A stretch of DNA of 64,000 nucleotides from an uncultured Gammaproteobacteria bacterium (GTDB lineage: Bacteria; Patescibacteriota; Microgenomatia; UBA12405), in the NCBI GenBank assembly GCA_964549165.1, contig CAZJUH010000001.1, positions 74,566-138,565 on the forward strand, given 5' to 3'. The translations under genes were made by a program, and so were the position numbers. The notes under the pieces were generated by a model. That model saw only the letters and a list, made by a program, of their open reading frames with translations. It did not search any database and was not told the origin of the DNA. Each line of letters begins with the position of its first letter. The first letter of the stretch is position 1. Shown here in pieces: positions 46,467 to 58,609 of the stretch.

Positions 46467-46901
46467 ATGGCTATCCCCAAATTCAAACCCTTAGCAAACG
46501 CTTCTGAAAAAACTAAAAAGACCGCGAAACCCATTTTAATGGCGGTTATTGCCGTCCTTCTTGGTGCCTTCGGCCTGACCGCTTCTGGCAATGATTGGGA
46601 CCTTAATAAAATTTTGACCGGTTCCTCGATGTCTGAATCCAAAATTCAAACTGACGAAGAGGGAAATCTAGTTCAAAATGAAGCTGGCGAATTCCTTTCT
46701 CGAATTATGCGCGATAAAGAAGGTAATGTTGTCGAAAGTGGCGGTAAATATACTGACCAGTACAACTGCGACGATTTTGCTACTCAGGAGGAAGCCCAAA
46801 AATTCTTCAAAAATGCCGGTGGTCCAAGTAAGGACGTCAATAACCTTGATGGTGACAACAATGGCATTGCTTGTCAGACCTTACCTTCAGAAAAACTCTA
46901 A
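46467..46901 (+). CDS. secreted protein with C-terminal Excalibur calcium-binding domain
   Basis: N-terminal TM/signal; C-terminal [18 protein letters not shown]...[12 protein letters not shown] (DxDxDGxxCE-like Excalibur motif). Confidence 0.65.
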   Translation: MAIPKFKPLANASEKTKKTAKPILMAVIAVLLGAFGLTASGNDWDLNKILTGSSMSESKIQTDEEGNLVQNEAGEFLSRIMRDKEGNVVESGGKYTDQYNCDDFATQEEAQKFFKNAGGPSKDVNNLDGDNNGIACQTLPSEKL

Positions 46902-47008
46902 CCCAAAATATATTTTTTTGTGTTTTCGGACTCGTGTCTTTTAATTTCCCTATCTTTAGGTAAATTGGCTCTGGCATTTTATTCTTAAAGTAATAAAATA
47001 AAACCTAC

Positions 47009-48772
47009 ATGAAACCCTTGCGGCATTATTATCAATTTTTAGCTAAATATAAATGGCAAATGCTTATCTTTTTAAGCATTTATGCTCTCTCCGTCGGCCT
47101 CGAAACCGTCCGTCCCTACTGGCTTAAATCTATTTTAGATAGTGCGCAAAATAATAATTTTAAAGCTGTTTTTAATTATCTGCTTCTTTTTGGTACCTCC
47201 ACTATTGGCGCTTCCTGGATTTCCGCTTTTGCCTACTACCTTGGTGATGGAGTTTTGATTCCTTTTTCAAGGGAAATTAGAGAGACTGTTTTTAAAAAAG
47301 TTTTAGAGCTTGATTTTGCCTATCATGTCAATAAAAATACCGGCTCTCTTATTAGTGCCTTTCGTCGGGGAGATGGAGCCGTTTATTCTATTTTCCACAG
47401 TATTCATTTTGAATTATTTCAAGTTTTTGTTTCTCTCTTCATTACCTTAATCTTTCTCTTTCGTGCCTCTCCCGACATTGCTTTTTCTATGATGGTTCTT
47501 TTTACTGTCAACATATTTTTGATCATTTGGCTGATAAAAATAAATCTAAAAACCCGTACCGAATTCAACAGTGCCGAGGATCATATTTCTGGAATTATTA
47601 CCGATTCTCTCATTAATTATGAAACCGTTAAATTTTTTGCCGCCGAGGAAAAGGAGCGCCAGCGCTTAAGTATTTCTTTCAGAGACTGGACCAAAAAATT
47701 TTGGAATTTTTCCAGTTCTTTTCGTCTAATGGATGTGGGGATTGGCACCACCTCCGGTCTGGGGATGCTTTTTATTCTCTGGCTAGCCGTCAATAAATTG
47801 AATCATGGTTTTACCTTGGGAGATCTCGTCATGGTAGCTGGTTTTATTACCGGATTTTATTATCAGTTCTTTAACCTCTTTTTTCGAATTCGGGATATTG
47901 CCAAAAATGTTACTGATTTAGACAAATATTTTTCTATCCTCGAAAACGAAACTCAGGTCAAAGATCCCTCTTCACCTAAAACCTTATCTAGTCCCACCGG
48001 CTCTCTTGAATTCAAAAACATCGCCTTTGCCTATCCTGGCAATAGGGAAAGAGTCGTTGATAAAATCAATCTTGAAATCAAATCAGGGGAGCAGGTTGCC
48101 TTTGTTGGTCGCTCTGGTGCTGGCAAGACCACTTTAGTTAAACTGCTATTGCGTTTTTATGACCCAACCTCTGGTGTCATCAAATTTGATGGAGTCGATA
48201 TTACCCACTTTACCAAAAGTTATTTGCGCAGTCTCATGGCCGTTGTCCCTCAGGAGCCAATTATGTTCAACAATACCATTAAATTTAACCTAAGCTATGG
48301 CAAAGAAAAAGCGACGATGACCAAGATGAAAAAAGCGGCCACTGATGCTAATATTTTAAATTTCATTGAAAATCTTCCCAAAAAATGGCAAACCGAGGTC
48401 GGTGAGCGGGGAATAAAACTCAGCGGTGGTCAAAAGCAACGTCTGGCTATTGCCCGGGCTCTCCTGACTGACCCAAAAATTTTAATTTTTGATGAAGCTA
48501 CTAGCAATCTCGATTCCGAGTCCGAGCGTCAAATTCAAAAAGCTCTCAAAATTGCTTCTCAAAGTCGCACCGTCATTATCATTGCTCATCGTTTTTCCAC
48601 CATTAGAAATGCCGACAAAATTGTGGTTTTGAGTAGTGGGACTATTGCTGAGATCGGTAAACACAGCGAATTAATTGCCAAAAATGGTCTTTACAAAATG
48701 CTCTGGACCCTCCAGTCAAAAGGTAAATTAATCACTGACAAAGAAGGTTTATTCGATTCTAATATAAGATAA
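47009..48772 (+). CDS. ABC exporter, fused transmembrane + ATP-binding domains (MsbA/MdlB-like)
   Basis: 6-TM N-terminal half, Walker A GRSGAGKTT, signature LSGGQKQRLAIARAL, Walker B ILIFDEATS. Confidence 0.85.
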   Translation: MKPLRHYYQFLAKYKWQMLIFLSIYALSVGLETVRPYWLKSILDSAQNNNFKAVFNYLLLFGTSTIGASWISAFAYYLGDGVLIPFSREIRETVFKKVLELDFAYHVNKNTGSLISAFRRGDGAVYSIFHSIHFELFQVFVSLFITLIFLFRASPDIAFSMMVLFTVNIFLIIWLIKINLKTRTEFNSAEDHISGIITDSLINYETVKFFAAEEKERQRLSISFRDWTKKFWNFSSSFRLMDVGIGTTSGLGMLFILWLAVNKLNHGFTLGDLVMVAGFITGFYYQFFNLFFRIRDIAKNVTDLDKYFSILENETQVKDPSSPKTLSSPTGSLEFKNIAFAYPGNRERVVDKINLEIKSGEQVAFVGRSGAGKTTLVKLLLRFYDPTSGVIKFDGVDITHFTKSYLRSLMAVVPQEPIMFNNTIKFNLSYGKEKATMTKMKKAATDANILNFIENLPKKWQTEVGERGIKLSGGQKQRLAIARALLTDPKILIFDEATSNLDSESERQIQKALKIASQSRTVIIIAHRFSTIRNADKIVVLSSGTIAEIGKHSELIAKNGLYKMLWTLQSKGKLITDKEGLFDSNIR

Positions 48773-48797
48773 GAGATTTAAATGCTAAAATAATCCC

Positions 48798-51104
48798 ATG
48801 GATAAGAGTTATTCTTCGGCCAGCGAATCGGATACTTACCAGTCTTGGGAAAAATCAGGTGCCTTTACTCCAACCATTGATAAAACTAAAAAGCCTTTTT
48901 CTATAATTTTGCCTCTCCCCAACGCCAATGATCCCATGCATATGGGTCATGCTCTTTTTACCATCCAAGACATTTTAATTCGCTATCATCGGATGCTCGG
49001 TGATCCCACCCTCTGGCTCCCCGGTGGCGACCACGCCGGTATCGAAACCCAGTTTGTTTTTGAAAAAATGCTTCAAAAAGAAGGTAAATCCCGTTTTGAT
49101 TTTGATCGGGAAACTCTTTATCAAATGATTTGGGATTTTGTCGAAAAGAATCGTATCCTTAATCAATTCCAAATGAAAAAGCTTGGTTTTTCCATGGACT
49201 GGACCCGCTATCACTATTCACTCGAGCCTAAAATTGTTGACAATGTCCTTTTAACTTTCAAAAAACTTTACGATGATGGCCTCATTTACCGCGATGAAAA
49301 AATCGTCAATTATTGTACTTTTTGCGGCACTTCTTTTTCTAATCTCGAAGTTAATCACAAAAGTGTTGACTCTCATCTTTGGTATATCAAATATGGCCCC
49401 TTGACCGTGGCCACTACCCGACCCGAAACCATGCTCGGCGACACTGCCGTGGCTGTTAATCCCAAAGATAAAAGATATCGGGGGTTGATTGGCCAAAAAA
49501 TATTATTACCTCTAGTTAATCGAGAAATTCCTGTCATAGGGGAAGAAACAATTGATATCAAATTTGGTACCGGAGCTGTTAAAGTCACTCCCTCTCATTC
49601 TCCCGAAGATTACGACATGGCCAAAAAACACGATTTAGAATTTGTTCGCATTTTTGATTATGATGGTAAATCCAATCTCAATGTCCCTGAAAAATATCGT
49701 GGCTTATTTCCAAATCAAGTCCGTCAAATGGTCATCGACGACCTTAACGCCGCCGGTCTCATTGAGAAAATTGAAAATTATTCTCATGAAGTTGGTCACT
49801 GCTACAAATGCGGACACCCCATCGAGCCTTTAACTGCGCCTCAGTGGTTTTTAAAAATAGATCCTCTGGCCAAAGCTGCTATCAAAGCTGCCAAAGATGA
49901 TGACATAAAGTTCTTCCCTTCTCGTTTTAAAAAAGCCTATCTTACCTGGATGGAATCAATTCGCGACTGGAATATTTCCCGTCAGATTGTTTGGGGTCCT
50001 CGTATTCCTGCCTGGTATTGTCTAGATTGTAATCCTCAGATTAAAATTAATTTTCTTGATAAAAACAAAAAATTAATTTCAGCTTACTACGCCGATATCA
50101 AAGATAAATATGGCTTTGAGGAAATCAATAGTGGCCTTCAATCTCTCCTCGCTCCGGTCGACTCCAAATATATTGTCGATTGTAGATTGAAGATTGAAGA
50201 CTGTCCCCGCTGTCAATCAAAAGCTCTACTTCAGGAAACTGATACCTTCGATACTTGGTTTTTAAGTGGCCAGTGGCCTTTAAATACTCTTGGTTTTAAT
50301 CCCAAAGATCCAAGTAAATCTTCACCTGACTTTGATTATTTTTACCCCACCTCTGTTATGGATACTCTCTGGGATATTCTTTTTTTCTGGGTGGCTCGGA
50401 TGACCATGTTTGGTCTTTATTTAACCAAAAAAGTTCCCTTCAAAACTGTTCATCTTCATTCTCGGGTCGTTGATGCTAAGGGTCAAAAAATGTCAAAGTC
50501 CAAGGGTAATGTTATCGATCCTCTCGTCATGACTGAAAAATATGGCACCGATGCTCTGCGTATGTCTCTAGTTTATGGCATTGCTCCCGCCTCCGATTTT
50601 GTCGTCTCTGAGGACAAAATTCGCGCTCAGCGTAATTTTGTCAATAAAATTTGGAACGCCTCTCGTTTTGTATTAATGATTATCGAGCGTTTTCAAGAAA
50701 GTAATCCAAATTTAAAGTTAGCCCCCTTTCCTCAAAGGGGGATGTCCGAAGGACAGGGGGATTTAAACCTCGACGACAAAGCCATTCTCACTTCTCTCAA
50801 TAAAATTATCTCTTCCACCACCACCGATATCAATCGCTACCATTTTGGTCAAGCCTCCGAGAATCTCTATCAATTTTTCTGGCATGATTTTTGCGATGTT
50901 TATATTGAAAAAGTTAAAGATAGAAATGAGGATGTCGTCCCAGTTTTACTCACCGTTTTAATCACTTCCCTAAAGCTTCTTCATCCTTTTATTCCCTTTG
51001 TCACTGAGTCTGTTTACCAGATTCTTAGGGAAAAAATAAAATTAGACGAAGAACAACTTATCACCGCATCTTGGCCAGCTGAGGTATCACTTCCTCAAAA
51101 ATAG
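48798..51104 (+). CDS. valS: valine--tRNA ligase (short form)
   Basis: PNANDPMHMGHA HIGH-type motif, WLPGGDHAGIETQ (ValRS GTDHAGIATQ pattern), KMSKSKGN motif, editing and anticodon-binding regions. Confidence 0.8.
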   Translation: MDKSYSSASESDTYQSWEKSGAFTPTIDKTKKPFSIILPLPNANDPMHMGHALFTIQDILIRYHRMLGDPTLWLPGGDHAGIETQFVFEKMLQKEGKSRFDFDRETLYQMIWDFVEKNRILNQFQMKKLGFSMDWTRYHYSLEPKIVDNVLLTFKKLYDDGLIYRDEKIVNYCTFCGTSFSNLEVNHKSVDSHLWYIKYGPLTVATTRPETMLGDTAVAVNPKDKRYRGLIGQKILLPLVNREIPVIGEETIDIKFGTGAVKVTPSHSPEDYDMAKKHDLEFVRIFDYDGKSNLNVPEKYRGLFPNQVRQMVIDDLNAAGLIEKIENYSHEVGHCYKCGHPIEPLTAPQWFLKIDPLAKAAIKAAKDDDIKFFPSRFKKAYLTWMESIRDWNISRQIVWGPRIPAWYCLDCNPQIKINFLDKNKKLISAYYADIKDKYGFEEINSGLQSLLAPVDSKYIVDCRLKIEDCPRCQSKALLQETDTFDTWFLSGQWPLNTLGFNPKDPSKSSPDFDYFYPTSVMDTLWDILFFWVARMTMFGLYLTKKVPFKTVHLHSRVVDAKGQKMSKSKGNVIDPLVMTEKYGTDALRMSLVYGIAPASDFVVSEDKIRAQRNFVNKIWNASRFVLMIIERFQESNPNLKLAPFPQRGMSEGQGDLNLDDKAILTSLNKIISSTTTDINRYHFGQASENLYQFFWHDFCDVYIEKVKDRNEDVVPVLLTVLITSLKLLHPFIPFVTESVYQILREKIKLDEEQLITASWPAEVSLPQK

Positions 51105-51609
51105 TCGAATTATCTTTAATTTCAAAGATCATTCCTTGATATTTTTTAATTACTGTTTCATATTTGTTTTTATTTTTTATTTCTTGTCTTGTCATCTCCA
51201 GTCTCTGTTTTATTTTTTCTTCACATTCACCTCTGTCCTTCATTCTTTTTTCAAGTATTTCCAGATTATTTTTATCTATGGTTAACCATATGGGCAAAAA
51301 ATTTGGATTATTTTGCATAAACTCTTCGAGGCTTTCTTGAGTAATTGCCAAGGTTAGTGGTGTTTTTTTCAGATCTTTTTTACTCCAGCCATAGTTAAAA
51401 TCACCGTACTGTAGGGTAAAAAAGAAATTAGTTCGGTTCTTTTCAAATTTCTCTCTACTCAGGGAGATTAATTTTTGAGAATCTTCTCCTGGGCGTCTTT
51501 CCCTATCGGTATATTTTGGAATCTGAAAACTTAATCCCTGTCTTTCGAGTTCCTCTTCTAAAAAACTTTTACCTACTCCAGAGGTTCCGGTAATAACTAT
51601 ATTTCTCAT
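51061..51609 (-). CDS. guanylate-kinase-like P-loop NTPase
   Basis: P-loop GTSGVGKSF, YTDRERRPGE resembling GMP-kinase TTRxxRxGE. Confidence 0.5.
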   Translation of the reverse strand: MRNIVITGTSGVGKSFLEEELERQGLSFQIPKYTDRERRPGEDSQKLISLSREKFEKNRTNFFFTLQYGDFNYGWSKKDLKKTPLTLAITQESLEEFMQNNPNFLPIWLTIDKNNLEILEKRMKDRGECEEKIKQRLEMTRQEIKNKNKYETVIKKYQGMIFEIKDNSTIFEEVIPQLAKMR

Positions 51610-52703
51610 TTTTTTGCCAATAGTTCTTTCATTTTGGCCAAATTTCTGGCCATTTCCGGTTTTTCAAAATATGTCCTCGCTGGTTCTAGTTTGTTAATTA
51701 TCCACTCTGTCAGCGCATTTTTTAAATCAAGTGGAAAAAGTGCTCCACTGGCGTAGTCGGTAACGATATCAGTATATCGGGTATAAGTTTTATTACCACC
51801 AAATTTCTCAGGTCTTTCAATAGTAAACTCTCCAGTTTCTTCACCCCAAAAAATCAGTGTTTTTACCCAGTTTAGGAGAGGATTAAATTCAACTATTTTG
51901 GGCGGTCCGTAGGCTTTTAAAATTTTATTTTTTATTTCCTCTGGAGTGTCATGAATAAAAATGGCACTATTTGGCTTTGACTTGCTCATTTTCAGTGACT
52001 CTTCATCTTTAATCTCGCTATCAGGGCCAGTGAGCCCGGCAATTAAATTTTGATGGATAGCTACCGGTGTTTGATGTTCTCCGGAAATCTTTTTTATGGC
52101 GCTTCTGGCTATTACATGAGCTTTTCTTTGATCCATCCCAGCGTGCGCCAAATTAATGTTCATCGTTACGATATCCGCTACTTGTAGCGGGGGATAAAAG
52201 AGGGTGGCCATGTCAACATCATTACCTTGTTTTTTTCCCATAATCGAAATACTCCGGAGGTTTCTGGACAGAGTCACCTCTTTTCCAATCTCCATAAAAT
52301 TTTGCCAATGAATTGGATTTTTTTCATACAAATTTTTTCCACTGACAAATTCAACCTCATTTTCTTCAACCCCGTAGCATTTTAGCGAGGCAACCAAGGC
52401 TGGTTTAAAATAATTTTCGGAGGCCCAGCGGATATCTTCCCATTTTCCTCCGAGTTTATTATTCAAAAAGCTATGAAAATCAGCCAAAAATATTTTACAT
52501 TTCACTCCGGCTTTTAAAAAATCGGCTATCTTTCCCATTGACATTAAGCCTGTACCCAAATGGACTAGCCCTGATATTTCAAAACCAATATAGTGATTAA
52601 TTGGCTTTTCACTCTCAATTAATTTCTTCAAATCTTCTTCCGTCAACACCTCTTGGCAGTTGCGGGTAATCAGTTTCATCTTTTCTTCTGTGGTCATGCT
52701 CAT
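51606..52703 (-). CDS. trpS: tryptophan--tRNA ligase, archaeal/eukaryotic type (class Ic; Tyr not fully excluded)
   Basis: GFEISGLVHLGTG HIGH-region, KMSKSKPNSAIFIHDTPEEIKNKI closely resembling eukaryotic-type TrpRS KMSASDPNSSIFLTD. Confidence 0.6.
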   Translation of the reverse strand: MSMTTEEKMKLITRNCQEVLTEEDLKKLIESEKPINHYIGFEISGLVHLGTGLMSMGKIADFLKAGVKCKIFLADFHSFLNNKLGGKWEDIRWASENYFKPALVASLKCYGVEENEVEFVSGKNLYEKNPIHWQNFMEIGKEVTLSRNLRSISIMGKKQGNDVDMATLFYPPLQVADIVTMNINLAHAGMDQRKAHVIARSAIKKISGEHQTPVAIHQNLIAGLTGPDSEIKDEESLKMSKSKPNSAIFIHDTPEEIKNKILKAYGPPKIVEFNPLLNWVKTLIFWGEETGEFTIERPEKFGGNKTYTRYTDIVTDYASGALFPLDLKNALTEWIINKLEPARTYFEKPEMARNLAKMKELLAKK

Positions 52704-52717
52704 ATTATACTAGTAAT

Positions 52718-53284
52718 ATGTCAACAATTTATCTCTTTCGTCATGGTCAGTCAGAATTTAATTTAAACAAAACCTTTACCGGCTGGCTTGATGCCAAGCT
52801 AACACCCCTCGGAATCGAGCAGGCCAAAGCTCTAGGAGAAATGTTAAAAGATAAAACCATCGATTTAGCCATTACTACCAGATTATCTCGTGCCGCCGAT
52901 ACCCTTAAAGAAGTTTTAGTTTTTCATCCCGAATGCCGGGAAACTATTATCGACGACCGGATGATAGAGCGTTCTTACGGTGACCTAAGTGGTCACACTC
53001 ACGAGGAAACTATCACTAAATACGGTCAAGAACAATTCGATAAATGGCATCGCGGCTGGACAGACAAAGCTGAAAATGGCGAATCATTTGCTGATGTTGA
53101 AATCCGGGTTAAAGAATTTATCGAATATCTAAAACCTAATTTCTCGTCTCAAAACTTAGGCATCGCTATCTCCGCCCACAGCAACTCTATTCGTCTTTTT
53201 AGAAAAATAATGGAAAACGCCACAATAGAGGATTGCGTCTCTTGGACCATTCCCTACGACCAGTATTTCGAGTATCAGATTTAA
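52718..53284 (+). CDS. histidine phosphatase family protein (phosphoglycerate-mutase-like)
   Basis: IYLFRHGQSEFN RHG motif, later SAHSNSIR histidine. Confidence 0.8.
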   Translation: MSTIYLFRHGQSEFNLNKTFTGWLDAKLTPLGIEQAKALGEMLKDKTIDLAITTRLSRAADTLKEVLVFHPECRETIIDDRMIERSYGDLSGHTHEETITKYGQEQFDKWHRGWTDKAENGESFADVEIRVKEFIEYLKPNFSSQNLGIAISAHSNSIRLFRKIMENATIEDCVSWTIPYDQYFEYQI

Positions 53285-54534
53285 ATTCCCATTTCCTCGG
53301 CAATGCGCATCAGTCTGTTATATTTACAGACTCTTTCCCCTCTAGTTGGGCCAACTTTGATGTATTCACTCCCAACAGCCACAGCCAGGTCTACCATAAA
53401 GGTATCATTTGATTCGCCCCCGCCTCGATGAGAAGGCACCGTCCACATGCTGTTTTCCTTGGCTTCGACACAGCAATCAATGGTTTCAGTCACGCTTCCT
53501 GCCTGATTTAGTTTTATTAAAATCGCATTTGCTGCCTTCATTTCAATTGCTTTTCGCCATCTTTTCAAATTGGTTACTGTCAAATCATCGGCAATATTAG
53601 GCATATTTCCTACTTTACTCGTTAGCTCCACCCAGTTTTCCCAGTCATCCTCACTCAGCATATCTTCAAAACTGACAATCGGATATTTTTGTAGCCAGGG
53701 CAAAAAATACTCAATTAGCTGCTTTCCATCCAGTTTTTTATTCTCTATTTTTAGGTTATATTTACCATCAGAAAAAAATTCAGAGGCAGCGGCATCAATT
53801 GAAATTCCAGCATCAATTCCCGGTATATAGCCTGAATTTTTTATAGCTTCGAGTATATATTCCATCGGTTTTTCGTTTGAAGTCAGTCCACTTGGAGCAA
53901 AAGCCCCTTCGTTGCCCACATTGGTTGATTTGTTTTCTCTTTTTAAAATCTTTTTTAATTCTTCATAAATTTCCATTTCCATTCTCACGTTTTCGCTAGC
54001 GCTTCTATTTCCCATTGCCGATACCAAATATTCCTGTAAATCGGTACTATCAGCCGCATGCTTGCCCCCTTCAATCATCACTATCATGGGTTTGGGTAAA
54101 GCATTAACCGGAACTAAATTAAAAGTCTTTTGCAGGTATTTATAAAGAGGTAGCCCTTCTTCAGTCGCCTGTGCCCTTGCTACTGCCATACTGACTCCGA
54201 GAATTGCATTTCCCCCCAGCTTAGCTTTATTTTCCGTCCCATCCATAGAAATCATTTTTTCATCGATCTTTCTTTGCTCACTGGTTTCCATTCCAATGAG
54301 TGTCTTCGAAATAATGTCATTTATATTTTTAACAGCCATCAGCATTCCTTTTCCTTTATATCTTTTTTCATCCCCATCAAGTAAAACTGTTACTTCATGA
54401 CTTCCAGCGCTGGCTCCATAGCTCACCGAGGCTTCCCCAATTGCTCCCGATTCTAGCGTAATTGTGACTTCTAGAGTTGGCGCCCCGCCGCTGGCCAGTA
54501 TCTCTCTGGCTTTAATTGTTTTTATTTTTGACAT
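53281..54534 (-). CDS. eno: enolase (phosphopyruvate hydratase)
   Basis: enolase-like N-terminal domain, SHRGGGESND (enolase SHRSGETED signature), IKVGPTRGER. Confidence 0.9.
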   Translation of the reverse strand: MSKIKTIKAREILASGGAPTLEVTITLESGAIGEASVSYGASAGSHEVTVLLDGDEKRYKGKGMLMAVKNINDIISKTLIGMETSEQRKIDEKMISMDGTENKAKLGGNAILGVSMAVARAQATEEGLPLYKYLQKTFNLVPVNALPKPMIVMIEGGKHAADSTDLQEYLVSAMGNRSASENVRMEMEIYEELKKILKRENKSTNVGNEGAFAPSGLTSNEKPMEYILEAIKNSGYIPGIDAGISIDAAASEFFSDGKYNLKIENKKLDGKQLIEYFLPWLQKYPIVSFEDMLSEDDWENWVELTSKVGNMPNIADDLTVTNLKRWRKAIEMKAANAILIKLNQAGSVTETIDCCVEAKENSMWTVPSHRGGGESNDTFMVDLAVAVGSEYIKVGPTRGERVCKYNRLMRIAEEMGI

Positions 54535-55319
54535 ATTGAGTTCATTATACCTTTTATAAATTTTTTATACTTAACATTTTTTATCATTATCCAGTAGTCT
54601 TGAAATTCCATTTTCTTTTTCAAAAAAAGATCGCAGTACCCAGGTCCCCAGACTTTTATTCCTTTATGTATCGGCCAGGGGACAGAAGCAAAGTCGTTGA
54701 TACTCCAAATATTTTGATAAATATTTTTCAAAAAATATATCATTTTATTATCCTTATATTCACCTGGCGTGTACTCCAAAAAAAGTGTCGGCTTGTCTCT
54801 TTTAATAATTTTTTTTGCTCCCTTTATAACTTCGGGTTCAAAGCCCTGAGTATCCACCTTAATCAAACTAATATATTGTTCATTTATTAACATATTATCC
54901 AGAGTCTCCGTCATAATTCTAGTGTCAATTTTCTCGTTTCTCATCTCTGATATCCGACTATTTCCCTGATTTTCTTCATCTTTTATCAAAAATCTATTCT
55001 CTTTCTTATTACTCGCTGCTTTATTAATTAGCACCACATTATTTAAATTATTTTCCTTTACATTTTTCTTCAAAATTTCAAAGCATTTTTTGTCCGGCTC
55101 GATAGCATAGACTCTTTTTACCCTTTGCGCCATTTGGAGAGTATAGTAACCAATATTGGCTCCCACATCAACAACGACACTATTTATATTAAGCTGGGTT
55201 AGCATTATCGCCGTTTCATATTTTTCATATTTCCCAAGGGCTATTCTTTGACCGATATATTTATCATCTTCCTGGTACCAAAAATCTAAACTGCTTAATT
55301 TTGTTTTTTTTAATGTCAT
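54522..55319 (-). CDS. FkbM-family methyltransferase
   Basis: VVDVGANIGYYT motif, AIEP motif. Confidence 0.8.
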   Translation of the reverse strand: MTLKKTKLSSLDFWYQEDDKYIGQRIALGKYEKYETAIMLTQLNINSVVVDVGANIGYYTLQMAQRVKRVYAIEPDKKCFEILKKNVKENNLNNVVLINKAASNKKENRFLIKDEENQGNSRISEMRNEKIDTRIMTETLDNMLINEQYISLIKVDTQGFEPEVIKGAKKIIKRDKPTLFLEYTPGEYKDNKMIYFLKNIYQNIWSINDFASVPWPIHKGIKVWGPGYCDLFLKKKMEFQDYWIMIKNVKYKKFIKGIMNSICQK

Positions 55320-55419
55320 CCTCCTCTATTATCTCACTTATCCCCTTGACCTATCGCCACTAATAGATATAATATTAGCAGTCTATTGCCCCGACTGATA
55401 ATTATAAATTTATCTTATT

Positions 55420-55713
55420 ATGCCTAAATCAAATATCAAACCAGTTGCCGGTTATATCTTAGTCGAACCCCTAAAACAGGAAAAAACTACTGCCTCAGGC
55501 ATTGTTTTACCCGAATCCCACGAGGAAAAACCTCAATCAGGTAAAGTTCTATCCGTCGGTGCCTCTATTTTTGACGATGGTCACGAAGTTTTGTCTCCCT
55601 GTAAAGTGGATGATGTCATTATCTACCGCGAATGGGGTGGAAAAGAATACAAGGATGGCGACAGGAATCTCCTAATTCTCAAATTTGAGGACGTCATGGC
55701 CACCATTAACTAA
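55420..55713 (+). CDS. groES: co-chaperonin GroES
   Basis: 97 aa, IKPVAGYILVEP ... mobile-loop pattern; immediately upstream of groEL. Confidence 0.9.
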   Translation: MPKSNIKPVAGYILVEPLKQEKTTASGIVLPESHEEKPQSGKVLSVGASIFDDGHEVLSPCKVDDVIIYREWGGKEYKDGDRNLLILKFEDVMATIN

Positions 55714-55739
55714 TTATCTATTTATCTATTAACTAATAA

Positions 55740-57410
<1,671 letters not shown>

Positions 57411-57486
57411 CGAGGTTAATACCGAGTCATCCCGATGGTGTCGATCTATCGACATAATATCGGGATAAATATTTAAAATTTTTAAT

Positions 57487-57512
57487 CCTCCCGCTCCGGC
57501 GGGAGGATTTTT
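57487..57512 (+). terminator. rho-independent terminator of the groES-groEL operon
   Basis: cctcccgctccggcgggagg hairpin followed by TTTTTG. Confidence 0.6.
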
Positions 57513-57526
57513 GTATAAAATATCTT

Positions 57527-58609
57527 ATTCGCAAAATATATTTTCTACTATTTATAGATCTTCTTTTATTAGCGGCTATTTTTGTTTTAAAAATATATTT
57601 CCAGCCAATCGCTATTGTTTTACCCCATCACAATATTGTTCAAAATATTCGTCAAAATTTCCTCCAAAAAATTTCTCATTCTCGATTAGTTACAAAAAAA
57701 ATTATTCTCATTGCTCCCGATCATTTTTCGCAAAACCAAGAGCAAATAAATATCAACAACGAAAATTGGAATTTATCAACTGGCCTTTTAAAATTTCAGG
57801 ATTTAAATTTTAATTTACCGGTCAAGAACACTCTTTTAAAAAATGATCACGCAGTTTACAATCCTCTGGCTGACCTCAAAACTTATTTTCCGAAGGCCAT
57901 CATTTACCCTATTCTAATTGGTCAAAAAGTTCCTTTTTCTAGTCTCGAAACTCTTATCTCCAATCTCAAATCTGTTTGTCGTTTTAATTGTCTGTTAGTC
58001 GCTTCTGTCGATTTTTCTCATTATCTTCCAGCCACTCTGGCCGAGGTTCATGACACTCACACTCTTAAAATTTTAAATAATTTTGATTTTAACAATCTAA
58101 ATAATGTTGAAGTTGATAGCCCCCAATCACTTTATATTTTGATTAAGTTTTCTCAAAATAAATCGGCTAAAAAATTCAATTTATTTGCTCATACCAATTC
58201 TGGTTTTATCATCGGCAATCCTGATATTGAAACAACGACTCATATTTTTGCCTATTACACTAGGGGATTTACACAAAAAATTAATATTTTCACCACAGTC
58301 TCCACTCCAAAATTATTAAGCCGAGCTGATAATCAAAGCACTTTGGGTGACCGATTTTTCTACGGCGTTGATGAATTTTCCCTTGATCCTTCTCTCGATT
58401 TTGTTGTCGCTAGTGTCACTACATCAAGTCAGATTATTAAATCATATTTACCCATCAAAGATAATTTGTTTATTCGAGGCGAGGAAAAACAAAAATTAAT
58501 AAAAAATTATTTTGACTCTCTTCCAAGTGACCAAAATATTACAAAAGACTATTATTGGGGTAGAATTATTTATGACAGAAAACAATCTTCTCCCTCCTCC
58601 AGTAATTGA
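57527..58609 (+). CDS. MEMO1-family (Memo-like) protein with N-terminal TM helix; no canonical in-frame start codon found (possible frameshift, non-canonical start or pseudogene)
   Basis: hand translation in the frame of the 58139..58609 ORF is open back to ~57458 and reads IYFLLFIDLLLLAAIFVLKIYF (TM) ... AIVLPHHN ... IILIAPDHFS ... NDHAVYNPL ... IIYPILIGQ ... LLVASVDFSHYLPA, matching the MEMO1 motifs (ILGPSHH, IAPHAGY, EHSIE..LP, IPVLVG, VVSSDFCHW); the first ATG/GTG/TTG in this frame is at 58139. Confidence 0.45.
   Translation: MRKIYFLLFIDLLLLAAIFVLKIYFQPIAIVLPHHNIVQNIRQNFLQKISHSRLVTKKIILIAPDHFSQNQEQININNENWNLSTGLLKFQDLNFNLPVKNTLLKNDHAVYNPLADLKTYFPKAIIYPILIGQKVPFSSLETLISNLKSVCRFNCLLVASVDFSHYLPATLAEVHDTHTLKILNNFDFNNLNNVEVDSPQSLYILIKFSQNKSAKKFNLFAHTNSGFIIGNPDIETTTHIFAYYTRGFTQKINIFTTVSTPKLLSRADNQSTLGDRFFYGVDEFSLDPSLDFVVASVTTSSQIIKSYLPIKDNLFIRGEEKQKLIKNYFDSLPSDQNITKDYYWGRIIYDRKQSSPSSSN

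Noticed and set aside
57511-57813. ORF 57511-57813 (TTG start, MYKISYSQNIFSTIYRSS...) taken as a real gene
   Set aside because: Its translation is Ser/Tyr/Phe-rich nonsense. The overlapping frame gives a TM helix followed by MEMO1-family motifs continuous with the 58139-58609 ORF. It is treated as the wrong frame of the Memo-like gene, though it may mark an indel.
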